32,000 bases of DNA from Candidatus Saccharimonadota bacterium (GTDB lineage Archaea > Micrarchaeota > Micrarchaeia > Micrarchaeales > Micrarchaeaceae): positions 600,001 through 632,000 of the forward strand of contig NZ_CP019964.1 in the NCBI RefSeq assembly GCF_002214165.1, in the 5' to 3' direction. Under the pieces are notes generated by a model, which had not been told where the DNA came from, did no database searches, and saw nothing but the letters and a program-made list of their open reading frames with translations. A program made the translations under genes and the position numbers. Positions 7,748-16,739 of this stretch are shown here, in pieces (positions within the stretch are counted from its first letter, which is position 1; each line of letters starts with the position of its first letter).

Positions 7748-8701
7748 TCAAGCTTTCTCCTGCCCTTTTGATTCATCATACTTGAGCTGTTGTATATATG
7801 CACGCGCTTCCAATGCTGCCTTGACCCCGCTGCCTACAGCAGTTGCCGCCTGCCTGTACTTGAAATCGGCATCGTCTCCTGCCACATATACTCCAGGTAT
7901 GTCCGTATTCACGTCATCCTTTGTCACTATATAGCCGTTCTCCATTGGCAGTACTCCTTCAAGGAATTTCGTATTAGGCGAGTACCCTATAGCCATGAAA
8001 ACCCCATCTGTTTCTATTGTGGACTCCTCTCCATTAACAACATTCTTTATCCTTGCACCCGTGACCTTGGCATCCCCAAGAATCTCGACAACCTCGCTGT
8101 TCCATATGATGTTTATCTTCTTGTTCGATTTGACCCTTTCCTGCATTATCTTACTGGCTCTGAACTCGTCCCTTCTGTGCACTATTGTGACGCTTTCAGC
8201 AAATTTTGTAAGGAAATCGGAATCCTCCATAGCAGTATCTCCCCCTCCAACAACTATAACCTTCTTGTTCTTGAAGAATGGTGCATCACAGGTGGCGCAG
8301 GTGCTTACACCCTTCCCTATGAACTTCTTTTCGGATTCAAGACCAAGAAGCCTTGGAGATGCACCTGTTGCCACTATTATGCAGTTTGCCTTGTACTCAT
8401 CACTTGCGGTTTTTACTGTAAAAGGCCGGCTTTTCAAGTCTATTGATACAGCATTTTCATCTACAAACCTCGTCCCGAACCTTGAAGACTGCTTCCTGAA
8501 TTTGTCAACCAGCTCCGGGCCCTGTATACCTTCTGGAAATCCCGGATAATTCTCAACAGTAGTAGTGAGCAGCAGCTGCCCTCCAGCTTCCAATCCTGCT
8601 ATAACCATTGGATGAAAGTCTTCTCTTGCAAGATACAAGGAGGCGCTTAACCCGGCAGGGCCTCCCCCTATTACGATAACATCCTCTACCATTTTTATCA
8701 C
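7748..8701 (-). CDS. trxB: Thioredoxin-disulfide reductase
   Basis: 317 aa. FAD site 'VIVIGGGPAGLSA', redox-active 'CATCD', second dinucleotide fold 'VIVVGGGDTAMEDS', and 'HRRDEFRA'. Confidence 0.9.
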   Translation of the reverse strand: MIKMVEDVIVIGGGPAGLSASLYLAREDFHPMVIAGLEAGGQLLLTTTVENYPGFPEGIQGPELVDKFRKQSSRFGTRFVDENAVSIDLKSRPFTVKTASDEYKANCIIVATGASPRLLGLESEKKFIGKGVSTCATCDAPFFKNKKVIVVGGGDTAMEDSDFLTKFAESVTIVHRRDEFRASKIMQERVKSNKKINIIWNSEVVEILGDAKVTGARIKNVVNGEESTIETDGVFMAIGYSPNTKFLEGVLPMENGYIVTKDDVNTDIPGVYVAGDDADFKYRQAATAVGSGVKAALEARAYIQQLKYDESKGQEKA

Positions 8702-8859
8702 ATTAATATTTGGTTATCAATCTTTATAATCTTTTACAAAAAACTTATGCACAGACCTTACAAAAAGTGCGCCTGCGCATTAGGCACCCATCCGAAAAAG
8801 TTTAGCAAAGAAATAGAAATTTTCGTAGCTGTTTATAAATTTGATGAATAAAACTATAA

Positions 8860-9831
8860 TTGCAAAAAGGCAGGCTCATGATAAGGATTAACAACTTAAA
8901 CATCTCATTAGACAGGAAGGAGGAAGGGTCAGATTTCGACTTCATATCCCATGCGCACAGTGACCACATAATGGCTGCCAAGTCATCAAAATCTGTGATC
9001 GCAAGCGATGAAACTTCCGACCTAATATATTCAGGATACAAGATAGGCATAAACAGGGCAGCATATCCTGATTTTATAAGGCTGATAGATTCTGGGCATA
9101 TGCTTGGGGCAAAGCAGATAGCCATAGAAGATTACGATTCTGGAAATAAAATAATATATTCAGGGGATTACCTGATGGCCAAGTCAAAGGCTTCAAATCC
9201 TATAAAAGTGGAGGGATGCGACATATTGATAATAGATTCAACATATCCTTCGGAGCAGTTTGTGTTCAGGGACCGAGAAGAAGTAGAATACGAAATACAG
9301 GAGTGGGTTGAGAGAACCGTAAGAAAAGGCATTATATTATTCGGGGTTTATCCAATGGGTAAAGCCCAAGAGATAATAAAGATCCTTAATGAAATAGGGA
9401 TAAAGCCTGCGGTCAACAGAAAAATATCCGCAATATCAAAAGTTTACAACAAGTATGGCCAGAACCTTGATTACGGGTCAATATACGAGGGGGACGAGGA
9501 CCTTTTCGATGGGGATTTTGTAGGGATAATAGGTACAAGGAGCCTTAAGAAGGTAAAGCATATGCTCTCCTACCTTCACCACAAGCCCGTATACACGGCC
9601 GAAACGACCGGATTCTCCAAGGTATTCAGCCTATCCGTAGAAAAGCAGTTTGAACTAAGCGACCATTCCGACTTTAAGCAAGCCTTGAGATACATAGATT
9701 TCGCAGACCCGAAGAAGATATACACATATGGGGAGAATTCTCATATATTTTCAGCAAACCTGAAAAAATTAGGTTATAATTCAGAGCCTTTCCAAAGTTT
9801 AAAGAAGCTTGGGAATGCCACAAGCTTATAA
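8860..9831 (+). CDS. MBL-fold / beta-CASP-like nuclease-type hydrolase (resembles COG1236-type and ligase-associated exonuclease proteins)
   Basis: 'DFISHAHSDH' (HxHxDH), 'DSGHMLGAKQI', 'YSGDY', 'IIDSTY', 'GVYPMGKAQEIIKIL' and C-terminal 'LSDHSDF'. ATG 8878 (MIRINNL...) is an equally plausible start. Confidence 0.6.
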   Translation: MQKGRLMIRINNLNISLDRKEEGSDFDFISHAHSDHIMAAKSSKSVIASDETSDLIYSGYKIGINRAAYPDFIRLIDSGHMLGAKQIAIEDYDSGNKIIYSGDYLMAKSKASNPIKVEGCDILIIDSTYPSEQFVFRDREEVEYEIQEWVERTVRKGIILFGVYPMGKAQEIIKILNEIGIKPAVNRKISAISKVYNKYGQNLDYGSIYEGDEDLFDGDFVGIIGTRSLKKVKHMLSYLHHKPVYTAETTGFSKVFSLSVEKQFELSDHSDFKQALRYIDFADPKKIYTYGENSHIFSANLKKLGYNSEPFQSLKKLGNATSL

Positions 9832-9838
9832 AACCAAT

Positions 9839-10216
9839 CTATTCCTTTGTCTCCTTGCTTTCATCCGTATTCCCATTGCCTTCACTATCCTCATTATCCC
9901 TGAGGATCCTTTTTAATCCTAATGCCATCAAGCCCAAGCTTGCGACTCCCGATATAGTAAATGCTATCCCAATCCAAGGTATGCCGTGATCAGCAGACAG
10001 GTATTGTGCGGGAATTGTACGGCTTCCTTCATAAATAGCGGGTGAAACTTCCTTGATATGGAAATAAAGGTCGGTTGCGATAAATGCCAGTGCGCCACCG
10101 GCGGTGACAAGAATCTTGCCAAGATAACCATTCTTATGCTCAAGGTAATCTTCGCTTATGTTGTCCTTTTTCCTCTCATAATTCTTATTTTTCAATCTTT
10201 CCGGTGTTTCGTACAT
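9839..10216 (-). CDS. Small hypothetical membrane protein (2 predicted TM helices, acidic C-terminal tail)
   Basis: 125 aa with hydrophobic segments 'ILVTAGGALAFIATDL' and 'IPWIGIAFTISGVASLGLMALGL'. No family recognised. Confidence 0.45.
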   Translation of the reverse strand: MYETPERLKNKNYERKKDNISEDYLEHKNGYLGKILVTAGGALAFIATDLYFHIKEVSPAIYEGSRTIPAQYLSADHGIPWIGIAFTISGVASLGLMALGLKRILRDNEDSEGNGNTDESKETKE

Positions 10217-10224
10217 AAATACCC

Positions 10225-10246
10225 TATCGGGATTTTAAACCCGATA
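10225..10246. promoter_or_regulatory. Near-perfect palindrome TATCGGG-ATTTTAAA-CCCGATA in divergent intergenic region
   Basis: 7-bp GC-containing arms flank an AT-rich 8-nt core that itself looks like a TATA element. It lies 9 nt upstream of the minus-strand start at 10216 and 92 nt upstream of the plus-strand start at 10338. Confidence 0.25.
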
Positions 10247-10337
10247 TATCTTGGGAAATTTTTAATATTTATAGGTTACTGGAAATCATTATAAACCCCA
10301 AATCAAAACATATTAAAATTTATATACCATAAAGATA

Positions 10338-10973
10338 TTGATGTCAATATTAACCTCAGAAGCATTTGTTGAGATATCGGTATTTGTAATACTGCTACTT
10401 TCTCTTGGACTTACAATAATAATGACCAAGAGGTACTTAAAATCAAAGATAAAGCCTTTGCTGTTCTGGAGCACTGGGATGTGGTTTTTCACCATAGGTG
10501 TCCTAATAGAGCTGTTTTTCTCATTCGGCTACTACAATGTGTTAGTTGGAGATTTGTATCTGCTATTTGTGTCGATAATAGTAGAGATGCTTGCAATGGG
10601 TTCCGTGCAGCTGCTTAAATCAAGGAAAGCATCGATAGCGTATGGGGCATTCATGATTGCCTCAACCGCGATACTGCTGGCATCACTGCTGACATCTAAT
10701 ATAAAGGATATAGTTGAGCATTACATAGTCTTTTCAGTTCTGCCGTTAAGTGTGGTGCTCTCATCATCTTTGGTAACATTCCCAGCCGCAATACTTCTTA
10801 TAGCGATAGCAGTGGTAAGCTACCTAAAGAAGAAAAGCTACAAGATGATAAGCATAATAATAGGCGTATTGGTGGTTTCAGTTGCCGGAACATTGTACAT
10901 AGCTGAGATACCGGTCTTCCTTTATTATTCCGAATTCATAGGGATACTACTGCTTTGGTATGGGTTCATATGA
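10338..10973 (+). CDS. Hypothetical polytopic membrane protein (about 6-7 TM helices)
   Basis: 211 aa, almost entirely hydrophobic helices separated by short K/R-containing loops. It lies upstream of cydAB in the same orientation. Confidence 0.5.
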   Translation: MMSILTSEAFVEISVFVILLLSLGLTIIMTKRYLKSKIKPLLFWSTGMWFFTIGVLIELFFSFGYYNVLVGDLYLLFVSIIVEMLAMGSVQLLKSRKASIAYGAFMIASTAILLASLLTSNIKDIVEHYIVFSVLPLSVVLSSSLVTFPAAILLIAIAVVSYLKKKSYKMISIIIGVLVVSVAGTLYIAEIPVFLYYSEFIGILLLWYGFI

Positions 10974-11069
10974 AATCTGAAGGTGGTATTAAACAATATG
11001 CAAATTAACAGGAAAGTTAAAAAATTATCGGTTAAATATACTTTAGGTAAGAAAGCGGATGCAGTTTAG

Positions 11070-12467
11070 GTGTATATATTGTCTTTGCTCTCATTGTACG
11101 AATTCACGCAGGGCTTCTCATTAGGCATACATATAATATTAGCAACGATAGGCATAGGGCTTCCCATAATAGTGGCAACAGCGGAGTACTTGGCCTATAA
11201 AAAGAATGACAAGTACTATCGTGCACTTGCCCATAGGCTGTCCTTGATTCTGGTGGTACTTTTTGCAGTTGGCACTGCTTCAGGCACATTGGTTGCGCTT
11301 GAACTTGCATTCCTATGGCCCGCGTTCATGAGGCTGGTAGGGTACGTCGCAATACTCCCGTTCTTCACAGAGGTATTCGCATTCTTTACGGAAGTCATAT
11401 TCCTGTCAATATATGTGTACTTCGGAGACAAAATAAAGAGCGAGAAGCTGAAGATTGCATCAATAATAATTGTAGCTTTTGCAGCGGCATTGTCCGGAGT
11501 TCTGATAACTATGGTCAATGCATGGATGAATACGCCCACGGGCTTCAACACTGCATTGTTCATATCTTCAGGGTTCAAGACAATTGCCGACGTGCATCCA
11601 CTGACTGCATTTGACACTCCTTCAACCGGAATAGAGGTATTCCATGTTATATCTACCTCAATACTGGCAGGCGTAAGCGTGTTCTTCTCTTATTTCGCGT
11701 ACAAACTTCTGAAGACAAAGGACAATGACGAGAGAGAATATTATAAGAGAGGGCTTAACATAACATTTGGCATCATCGCAGTGATAATAGTATTCGTGAT
11801 AATAAGCGGAATAATGTCAATAACCACGCTTATGCAGTACCAGACCGAAAAATTTGATGCCATTGAACTTGACTTAATAACGCGTTCCGATGTGCCTGAG
11901 ATAATATTTGGCACCTATAGCCCGCTAGGGCATACCGTATATAACGGAACAGTTGTCAACGGAACCGTCGTAGGAGGGATTCAGATACCGGGTCTGCAGA
12001 GCATACTCGCTTACGGGTTTGGAAAAAGTGCACAGTCAATCGTAATAAAAGGGCTAAACGCTTATCCAAAGGACACATGGCCACCTCTGTTCATACACAC
12101 GCTGTTTGACATGATGGTTGGGATAGGATTCCTGCTTGGCGGATTCATATGGCTTGTGATGCTGATAAAGCTGTTCATTAAAAAGAATTTCTTTGAGAAC
12201 AAGGCAGTGCTGGTGCTGTTCGTAATAATAGAAGCGGTTGTGTTGATAACTATGGAAAGCGGATGGGTTGTTGACGAGGTAGGCAGAGTGCCATGGATAG
12301 TCTATGATGTCATGCCAATATCCGCGGCAGCAAACACATCGCCGTCAATTGCATATTTCGCAGCAATAATCATATTGATATACATATTCATAATCCCAGC
12401 AACCGCATATGTGCTTAAGAGGCTGTTTGATTCAAGGCCGCTGAAAGGTGAATTAGAAAATGCATGA
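11070..12467 (+). CDS. cydA: Cytochrome bd-type quinol oxidase subunit I
   Basis: 465 aa with a GTG start. His in 'LGIHIILAT' (heme b595 ligand position), 'GIEVFHVISTS' (b558 His position), the periplasmic Q-loop region, and the conserved 'MESGWVVDEVGRVPWIVY' block (E.GW...E.GRQPW). Confidence 0.85.
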   Translation: MYILSLLSLYEFTQGFSLGIHIILATIGIGLPIIVATAEYLAYKKNDKYYRALAHRLSLILVVLFAVGTASGTLVALELAFLWPAFMRLVGYVAILPFFTEVFAFFTEVIFLSIYVYFGDKIKSEKLKIASIIIVAFAAALSGVLITMVNAWMNTPTGFNTALFISSGFKTIADVHPLTAFDTPSTGIEVFHVISTSILAGVSVFFSYFAYKLLKTKDNDEREYYKRGLNITFGIIAVIIVFVIISGIMSITTLMQYQTEKFDAIELDLITRSDVPEIIFGTYSPLGHTVYNGTVVNGTVVGGIQIPGLQSILAYGFGKSAQSIVIKGLNAYPKDTWPPLFIHTLFDMMVGIGFLLGGFIWLVMLIKLFIKKNFFENKAVLVLFVIIEAVVLITMESGWVVDEVGRVPWIVYDVMPISAAANTSPSIAYFAAIIILIYIFIIPATAYVLKRLFDSRPLKGELENA

Positions 12468-13422
12468 TATAATATTGTTCAATTTTATAATCTTCGCCAT
12501 ATTCCTTTCGGCATTCCTGATAGAAGTTGGGCTTGCCCTCCTTCTGCTGATTGATTTCAAGGACAAGGAGAAAATAATGCGCTACCTTGTGCCAGTCTGG
12601 GAGATAGACGGCACCTTCGGCGTGTTCTATTTGGTGGATACGGAAGCGACGTTCCCAACTGCGTTGGTCCCTATTGGATTCCTTTACATAATACCAATAA
12701 TGCTTGCGGGAATAATATTCGTGTTCAGGAATTCATTCTTCGGGTACTCTGAATTCATAAGCAACAAAGTGAACGAAAAGAAGTATCTTAGGGTATATGC
12801 GATATCAATCATATTTGTCGCATTCCTTGCGATGTCCGTGCTGAATTCAACCGTAAGCGGCATAGGTGTAAACCTGTCATCATACAGCCTTAACGTGCTT
12901 CAATCGATATTCAACGGATTTAACATAACGCTTTTCATAGGCGAGGCGTTGCTGGCATTGTTTGCAGACATGTTGATATTCAGGTTCTCAAAGCGCATCA
13001 TCTACCCAATTGCCATTGTTGTGCTGTCTCTGCTGTTCATAATATCATCACTTTATGTAGGCAACTTGAACTACCTGATAAGCAACATGTACTCTGAATA
13101 CTACCTGTTAGCCATTCCAATAATATTGATTGCAATCTCCCTGTCAACATACGCATATAAGGAGAGGTATACCAAGTTTGCAGTGCCAATAACGTTGTTC
13201 ATTTCAATACTCTCATTTGAGCTTCTTGAGTACCCCGGATTGTTCAATGACAAACTTGCGTTCGCCAGCCTTTTGGTTACGCCCTCAACCCAGCCTCTTG
13301 TCCTTGCATTTGGAATAGTGGGCGGATTGATAATAGCATTCTTCCTTGTGATACTTCTCCGCTTGGGCCTTTCAGAATCAAAAGGTTCTCCGGAAGCGGT
13401 GGACAAAGAGGAAAAGAAATAA
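12460..13422 (+). CDS. cydB: Cytochrome bd oxidase subunit II (divergent)
   Basis: 320 aa polytopic membrane protein. Its ATG overlaps the cydA stop (ATGCATGA, 8-nt overlap). Position and topology fit CydB, but sequence motifs are weak. Confidence 0.6.
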   Translation: MHDIILFNFIIFAIFLSAFLIEVGLALLLLIDFKDKEKIMRYLVPVWEIDGTFGVFYLVDTEATFPTALVPIGFLYIIPIMLAGIIFVFRNSFFGYSEFISNKVNEKKYLRVYAISIIFVAFLAMSVLNSTVSGIGVNLSSYSLNVLQSIFNGFNITLFIGEALLALFADMLIFRFSKRIIYPIAIVVLSLLFIISSLYVGNLNYLISNMYSEYYLLAIPIILIAISLSTYAYKERYTKFAVPITLFISILSFELLEYPGLFNDKLAFASLLVTPSTQPLVLAFGIVGGLIIAFFLVILLRLGLSESKGSPEAVDKEEKK

Positions 13423-13519
13423 GCGATAGGATGCAATTTTTGCTCGAGCCGTCTTAACCAAATAAAAATTATTTACCTAAAGGTTTAAAAATAAACTATC
13501 CCAATAATTACCGGTATAT

Positions 13520-14536
13520 ATGAAATCCACTGATTATTCAATACATGTATCAAATTTGGTAAAGAGGTATGGGGATTTTACCGCAGTCGATGGCATATCA
13601 TTTGATGTGAAAGAAGGCGAGATCTTTGGCTTCCTGGGCCCTAATGGTGCAGGAAAGACGACAACCGTGCACATCCTCACTACAATAATAGACAAGACTT
13701 CCGGAGACGCATATGTGTCCGGATTCGATGTTTCAAAGCACAAGGATGAGGTAAGGTCAAAAATAGGAATTGTCTTCCAGGACCCATCAATAGATGACAG
13801 GCTTACAGGGTACGAGAACCTTGAGCTTCATGCGATGATGTATGGAATCGACAAAGAAACCAGAAAGCGCAGGATAAATGAGATGCTTGAAATGGTTGAG
13901 CTTTCAGACAAAGCCAATGTGGTTATGTCAAGCTATTCGGGAGGGATGAGAAGGAGGCTTGAGATAGCAAGAGGGCTTTTGAATGAGCCAAAAGTTCTGT
14001 TCCTTGATGAGCCAACTGTTGGATTGGACACCCAAACAAGAAGGCACATACTCGAATACGTGAAAAAGCTGAACGAGAAATACCACCTATCAGTCCTTCT
14101 GACAACACATTACATAGAGGAGGCCGATTACCTGTGCGACAGGGTTGCAATAATAGACCACGGAAAGATTATAGTGTGCGACACGCCACAGAAGCTCAAG
14201 GAAGGGCTACACGGGGACATAGTCAAGATATCATTAAAGGAGGAAAAGGAGGTCAAGTTCCTTCAGAAAAATATAAAGAAGTTCAAGAACGTAGTGTCGA
14301 TAAAGGTTGACGAGGCCGACAAGAAGATTGCCTATCTAAATGTGAAGAGCGCCGCATCAGACCTGCCAGAGATAATAGAGCAGGCATTCAGGTCAAAGCT
14401 CAGCATAACAAGCATAGACATACGCAAGCCAAGCCTTGAAGACGTGTTCATACACTACACGGGAAAGAGCATCAGGGATGAGGAGGCAAATCCCAACGAG
14501 AGGATACAGGCGGTTATAAGGAGCAGGAATAGGTGA
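13520..14536 (+). CDS. ABC transporter ATP-binding protein (ABC-2/DrrA-like exporter type)
   Basis: Walker A 'GPNGAGKTT', Q-loop 'VFQD', signature 'YSGGMRRRLEIARGL', Walker B 'VLFLDEPTVGLD', H-loop 'LTTHYIEE'. Confidence 0.9.
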   Translation: MKSTDYSIHVSNLVKRYGDFTAVDGISFDVKEGEIFGFLGPNGAGKTTTVHILTTIIDKTSGDAYVSGFDVSKHKDEVRSKIGIVFQDPSIDDRLTGYENLELHAMMYGIDKETRKRRINEMLEMVELSDKANVVMSSYSGGMRRRLEIARGLLNEPKVLFLDEPTVGLDTQTRRHILEYVKKLNEKYHLSVLLTTHYIEEADYLCDRVAIIDHGKIIVCDTPQKLKEGLHGDIVKISLKEEKEVKFLQKNIKKFKNVVSIKVDEADKKIAYLNVKSAASDLPEIIEQAFRSKLSITSIDIRKPSLEDVFIHYTGKSIRDEEANPNERIQAVIRSRNR

Positions 14537-14540
14537 TATT

Positions 14541-15311
14541 ATGAACAGAGATATATCGGTAATATATGTTCTTTGGCTTAGGGCGATGAAGAGGTTCATA
14601 AGGTCTCCATCCCAGATAATAGGCTCGATTGCAATGCCGGTGCTCTTCCTGCTTTTCCTGGATGCCGGTTTCGGTTCGTTGGCAGCATTCCTACATCTGC
14701 CGCCAGGTGTAAGCTATATAGACTTCCTGGTTCCGGGTATAGTAGGGATGTCAATGCTTTTCGCCGCGACGACAAGCGGAATATCGCTTCTTTGGGACAA
14801 ACAGTTCGGTTTCCTGAAGGAGGTTATGGTCGCACCGGTTAGGCGTGTGAGCATAGTACTGGGAAGGGTTCTTGGAGGATTGAGCACTGCTATAATACAG
14901 AGCACATTGCTTATAATAATAGCTCTTTTCATTGGATTTAAGCTGCCAAGCGTACTAGGCATATTGATAACATACGGATTCATGGTGCTGATAGGCATTG
15001 TTTTCATATGCCTGGGCCTTATAATAGCGTCTTTCATGAAGGATATGCAGGGTTTCGGGCTAATATTAAACCTGCTCATATTCCCGCTGTTCTTCCTGTC
15101 CGGCGCAATATACCCTATAACGGTGCTGCCAACATTTGTGAAGTACATAACATACTTCAATCCACTGACATACGGAGTGGATGGAATGAGGTTTGCCCTG
15201 ATAGGCATTTCGGTATTCCCGGGCTACGTGGACGCAATTGTACTAGGGATAATTGCTATAGCAATGCTTATACTTGGAGCGATAGCGTTCGCAAAAGGGA
15301 AGATAGTGTAA
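14541..15311 (+). CDS. ABC-2 type transporter permease
   Basis: 256 aa with 6 predicted TM helices. It starts 4 nt after the ATPase stop. The N-terminal 'LWLRAMKRFIRSPSQIIGSI' is typical of ABC-2 permeases. Confidence 0.8.
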   Translation: MNRDISVIYVLWLRAMKRFIRSPSQIIGSIAMPVLFLLFLDAGFGSLAAFLHLPPGVSYIDFLVPGIVGMSMLFAATTSGISLLWDKQFGFLKEVMVAPVRRVSIVLGRVLGGLSTAIIQSTLLIIIALFIGFKLPSVLGILITYGFMVLIGIVFICLGLIIASFMKDMQGFGLILNLLIFPLFFLSGAIYPITVLPTFVKYITYFNPLTYGVDGMRFALIGISVFPGYVDAIVLGIIAIAMLILGAIAFAKGKIV

Positions 15312-15452
15312 TCAGCAAAGCAGCGAAGCAAATGCAATTTGCCTCATACGTTTGCTTTGATGTACTTTGCATCATATGATACAAATTGCGTTTAATGGTG
15401 TAGAGAACTGAATTTGGATACATATGCTATTTTTATCAAATTTGGCGTAAAA

Positions 15453-15473
15453 CCCACACGCTTCAGCGGTGGG
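15453..15473 (+). repeat. Left-end subterminal hairpin of the IS
   Basis: cccacacgc / ttca / gcggtggg gives 8 bp with a bulged A (15458). It lies 55-75 nt upstream of the tnpB start. Confidence 0.5.
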
Positions 15474-15527
15474 ATATAAGCCACCACAACATGTATAAAT
15501 ACAGATAATAAAATATACATGTTTTGT

Positions 15528-16739
15528 ATGAAAACTGCATACAAATATCGTGCATATCCTTCAAAGGAACAGAAGGGAACTCTGAATAGACAGATGTATC
15601 TTTCAAAGGAACTATACAACCTGCTTCTTGAAAAGTCAAAGTCATATTACAAGGAGACAGGAAAAACCTTAACGGAATTCAGGATGAACGGTTGGATAAC
15701 CAAATTAAAGAAGGAAAAACCGGAATTTGCGGAAATCCATTCCCAGGTTCTTCAGAATATCTCAAAAAGAGTGTCAGATGCATACAAACATTTCTTCTTG
15801 AGGTGCAAGGAGAAGAAGCAAGGAAAGAAGGTAAAGGCGGGATTTCCAAGATACAAGAAGTTCGTATCATCTTTGACATATCCTCAAACCAATGGCTTCA
15901 AGATAGAGAAGAAGAAGGTTGAACTTTCAAAAATAGGAAGGATAAATTTCGTGAACCACAGAAATATTGAAGGAGGAATAAAAACATTAAATATAAAGAA
16001 GACAAAATCACAGGAATGGTACATCACGATTGCTGTTGAAAAGGAGGACAAGCCATTCATTTCAAACGGTAAACCAAGGATTGGTATTGATTTAGGAATA
16101 ATGCAATACGCCGCGCTTTCGGACAATACAATACTCCAAAACGCAAAAATAACAAAACACGAGAGGAAACATTCAAGAGCCCTTCAACAAAACATATCGA
16201 GGAAGGAGAAGGGATCATCCAACAGAAGAAAGGCAGTGACAAGATTTGCAAGATACTCAGAGCATATTTCAAGGATAAGATTGGATTGCATAAACAATCT
16301 TTCGAATGAACTGGTGAATTCTTATTCATTCATTGCGTATGAAGATTTAGAGATAAACAATATGGTGAAGAACCACAGATACGCAAAATCGATAAATGAA
16401 TCTTCTTGGGGAAATTTCACACAATTGCTGCAATACAAGGCTGAAAGCGCTGGTTGCGTGGCAATGAAAGTGAATCCTCAATACACATCAATGACATGCA
16501 GCAAATGTGGCAATGTGCAAAGTATATCAATATCCCAAAGGACATTCGTCTGCGAAAAGTGCGGGATGTCAATGGACAGGGATGTGAATGCGGCACAGAA
16601 TATACTCAAAAGGGCTTTGGACTCCATCAGTCCAACTACCGAAGGGCATTCGGGAAGTCAAGCCCGCGGAGACGACATAAGACCTTCCGCAGGGGAGGCA
16701 GTTGCCTATGAAGCAGGAACTACATGGGTGGCATCATGA
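15528..16739 (+). CDS. tnpB: TnpB (IS200/IS605 OrfB, RuvC-type RNA-guided endonuclease family)
   Basis: 'MKTAYKYRAYPSKEQ' is the classic TnpB N-terminus. RuvC motifs 'IGIDLGI', 'IAYEDLEI' and 'MDRDVNAAQNILKRA' are present, with Zn finger 'CSKCG...CEKCG'. TATAAATA lies at 15494-15501. The ORF track starts 3 codons earlier, at 15519. Confidence 0.9.
   Translation: MKTAYKYRAYPSKEQKGTLNRQMYLSKELYNLLLEKSKSYYKETGKTLTEFRMNGWITKLKKEKPEFAEIHSQVLQNISKRVSDAYKHFFLRCKEKKQGKKVKAGFPRYKKFVSSLTYPQTNGFKIEKKKVELSKIGRINFVNHRNIEGGIKTLNIKKTKSQEWYITIAVEKEDKPFISNGKPRIGIDLGIMQYAALSDNTILQNAKITKHERKHSRALQQNISRKEKGSSNRRKAVTRFARYSEHISRIRLDCINNLSNELVNSYSFIAYEDLEINNMVKNHRYAKSINESSWGNFTQLLQYKAESAGCVAMKVNPQYTSMTCSKCGNVQSISISQRTFVCEKCGMSMDRDVNAAQNILKRALDSISPTTEGHSGSQARGDDIRPSAGEAVAYEAGTTWVAS

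Noticed and set aside
7790-8549. Two long plus-strand ORFs (218 and 184 aa) antisense to trxB
   Set aside because: The translations are Cys/Leu/Ser-rich and motif-free, and they overlap a gene with unmistakable TrxR motifs on the other strand. They are treated as shadow ORFs, although 218 stop-free codons is long for this AT content.
8747-8851. 34-aa ORF (MHRPYKKCACALGTHPKK...) in the trxB/MBL intergenic region
   Set aside because: It has no recognisable motif, no SD or TATA at a sensible distance, and could arise by chance.
11943-11972. 15-nt tandem duplication in cydA (NGTVVNGTVV) as a slippage hotspot or phase-variation site
   Set aside because: It is in frame, has only two units, and lies in a variable loop. 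It is noted under the cyd finding but not treated as a regulatory repeat.
15328-15342. Palindrome GCAAAT-GCA-ATTTGC (plus CAAAGCA...TGCTTTG arms) after the ABC permease stop as a terminator
   Set aside because: The stems are short, there is no adjacent T-run, and archaeal terminators do not require hairpins. The evidence is too weak to annotate.
15453-15473. Hairpin with a TTCA loop considered as a tRNA T-arm fragment
   Set aside because: The loop is 4 nt rather than 7 and no acceptor, D or anticodon arms surround it. The matching hairpin at the other end of tnpB explains it better as an IS end.
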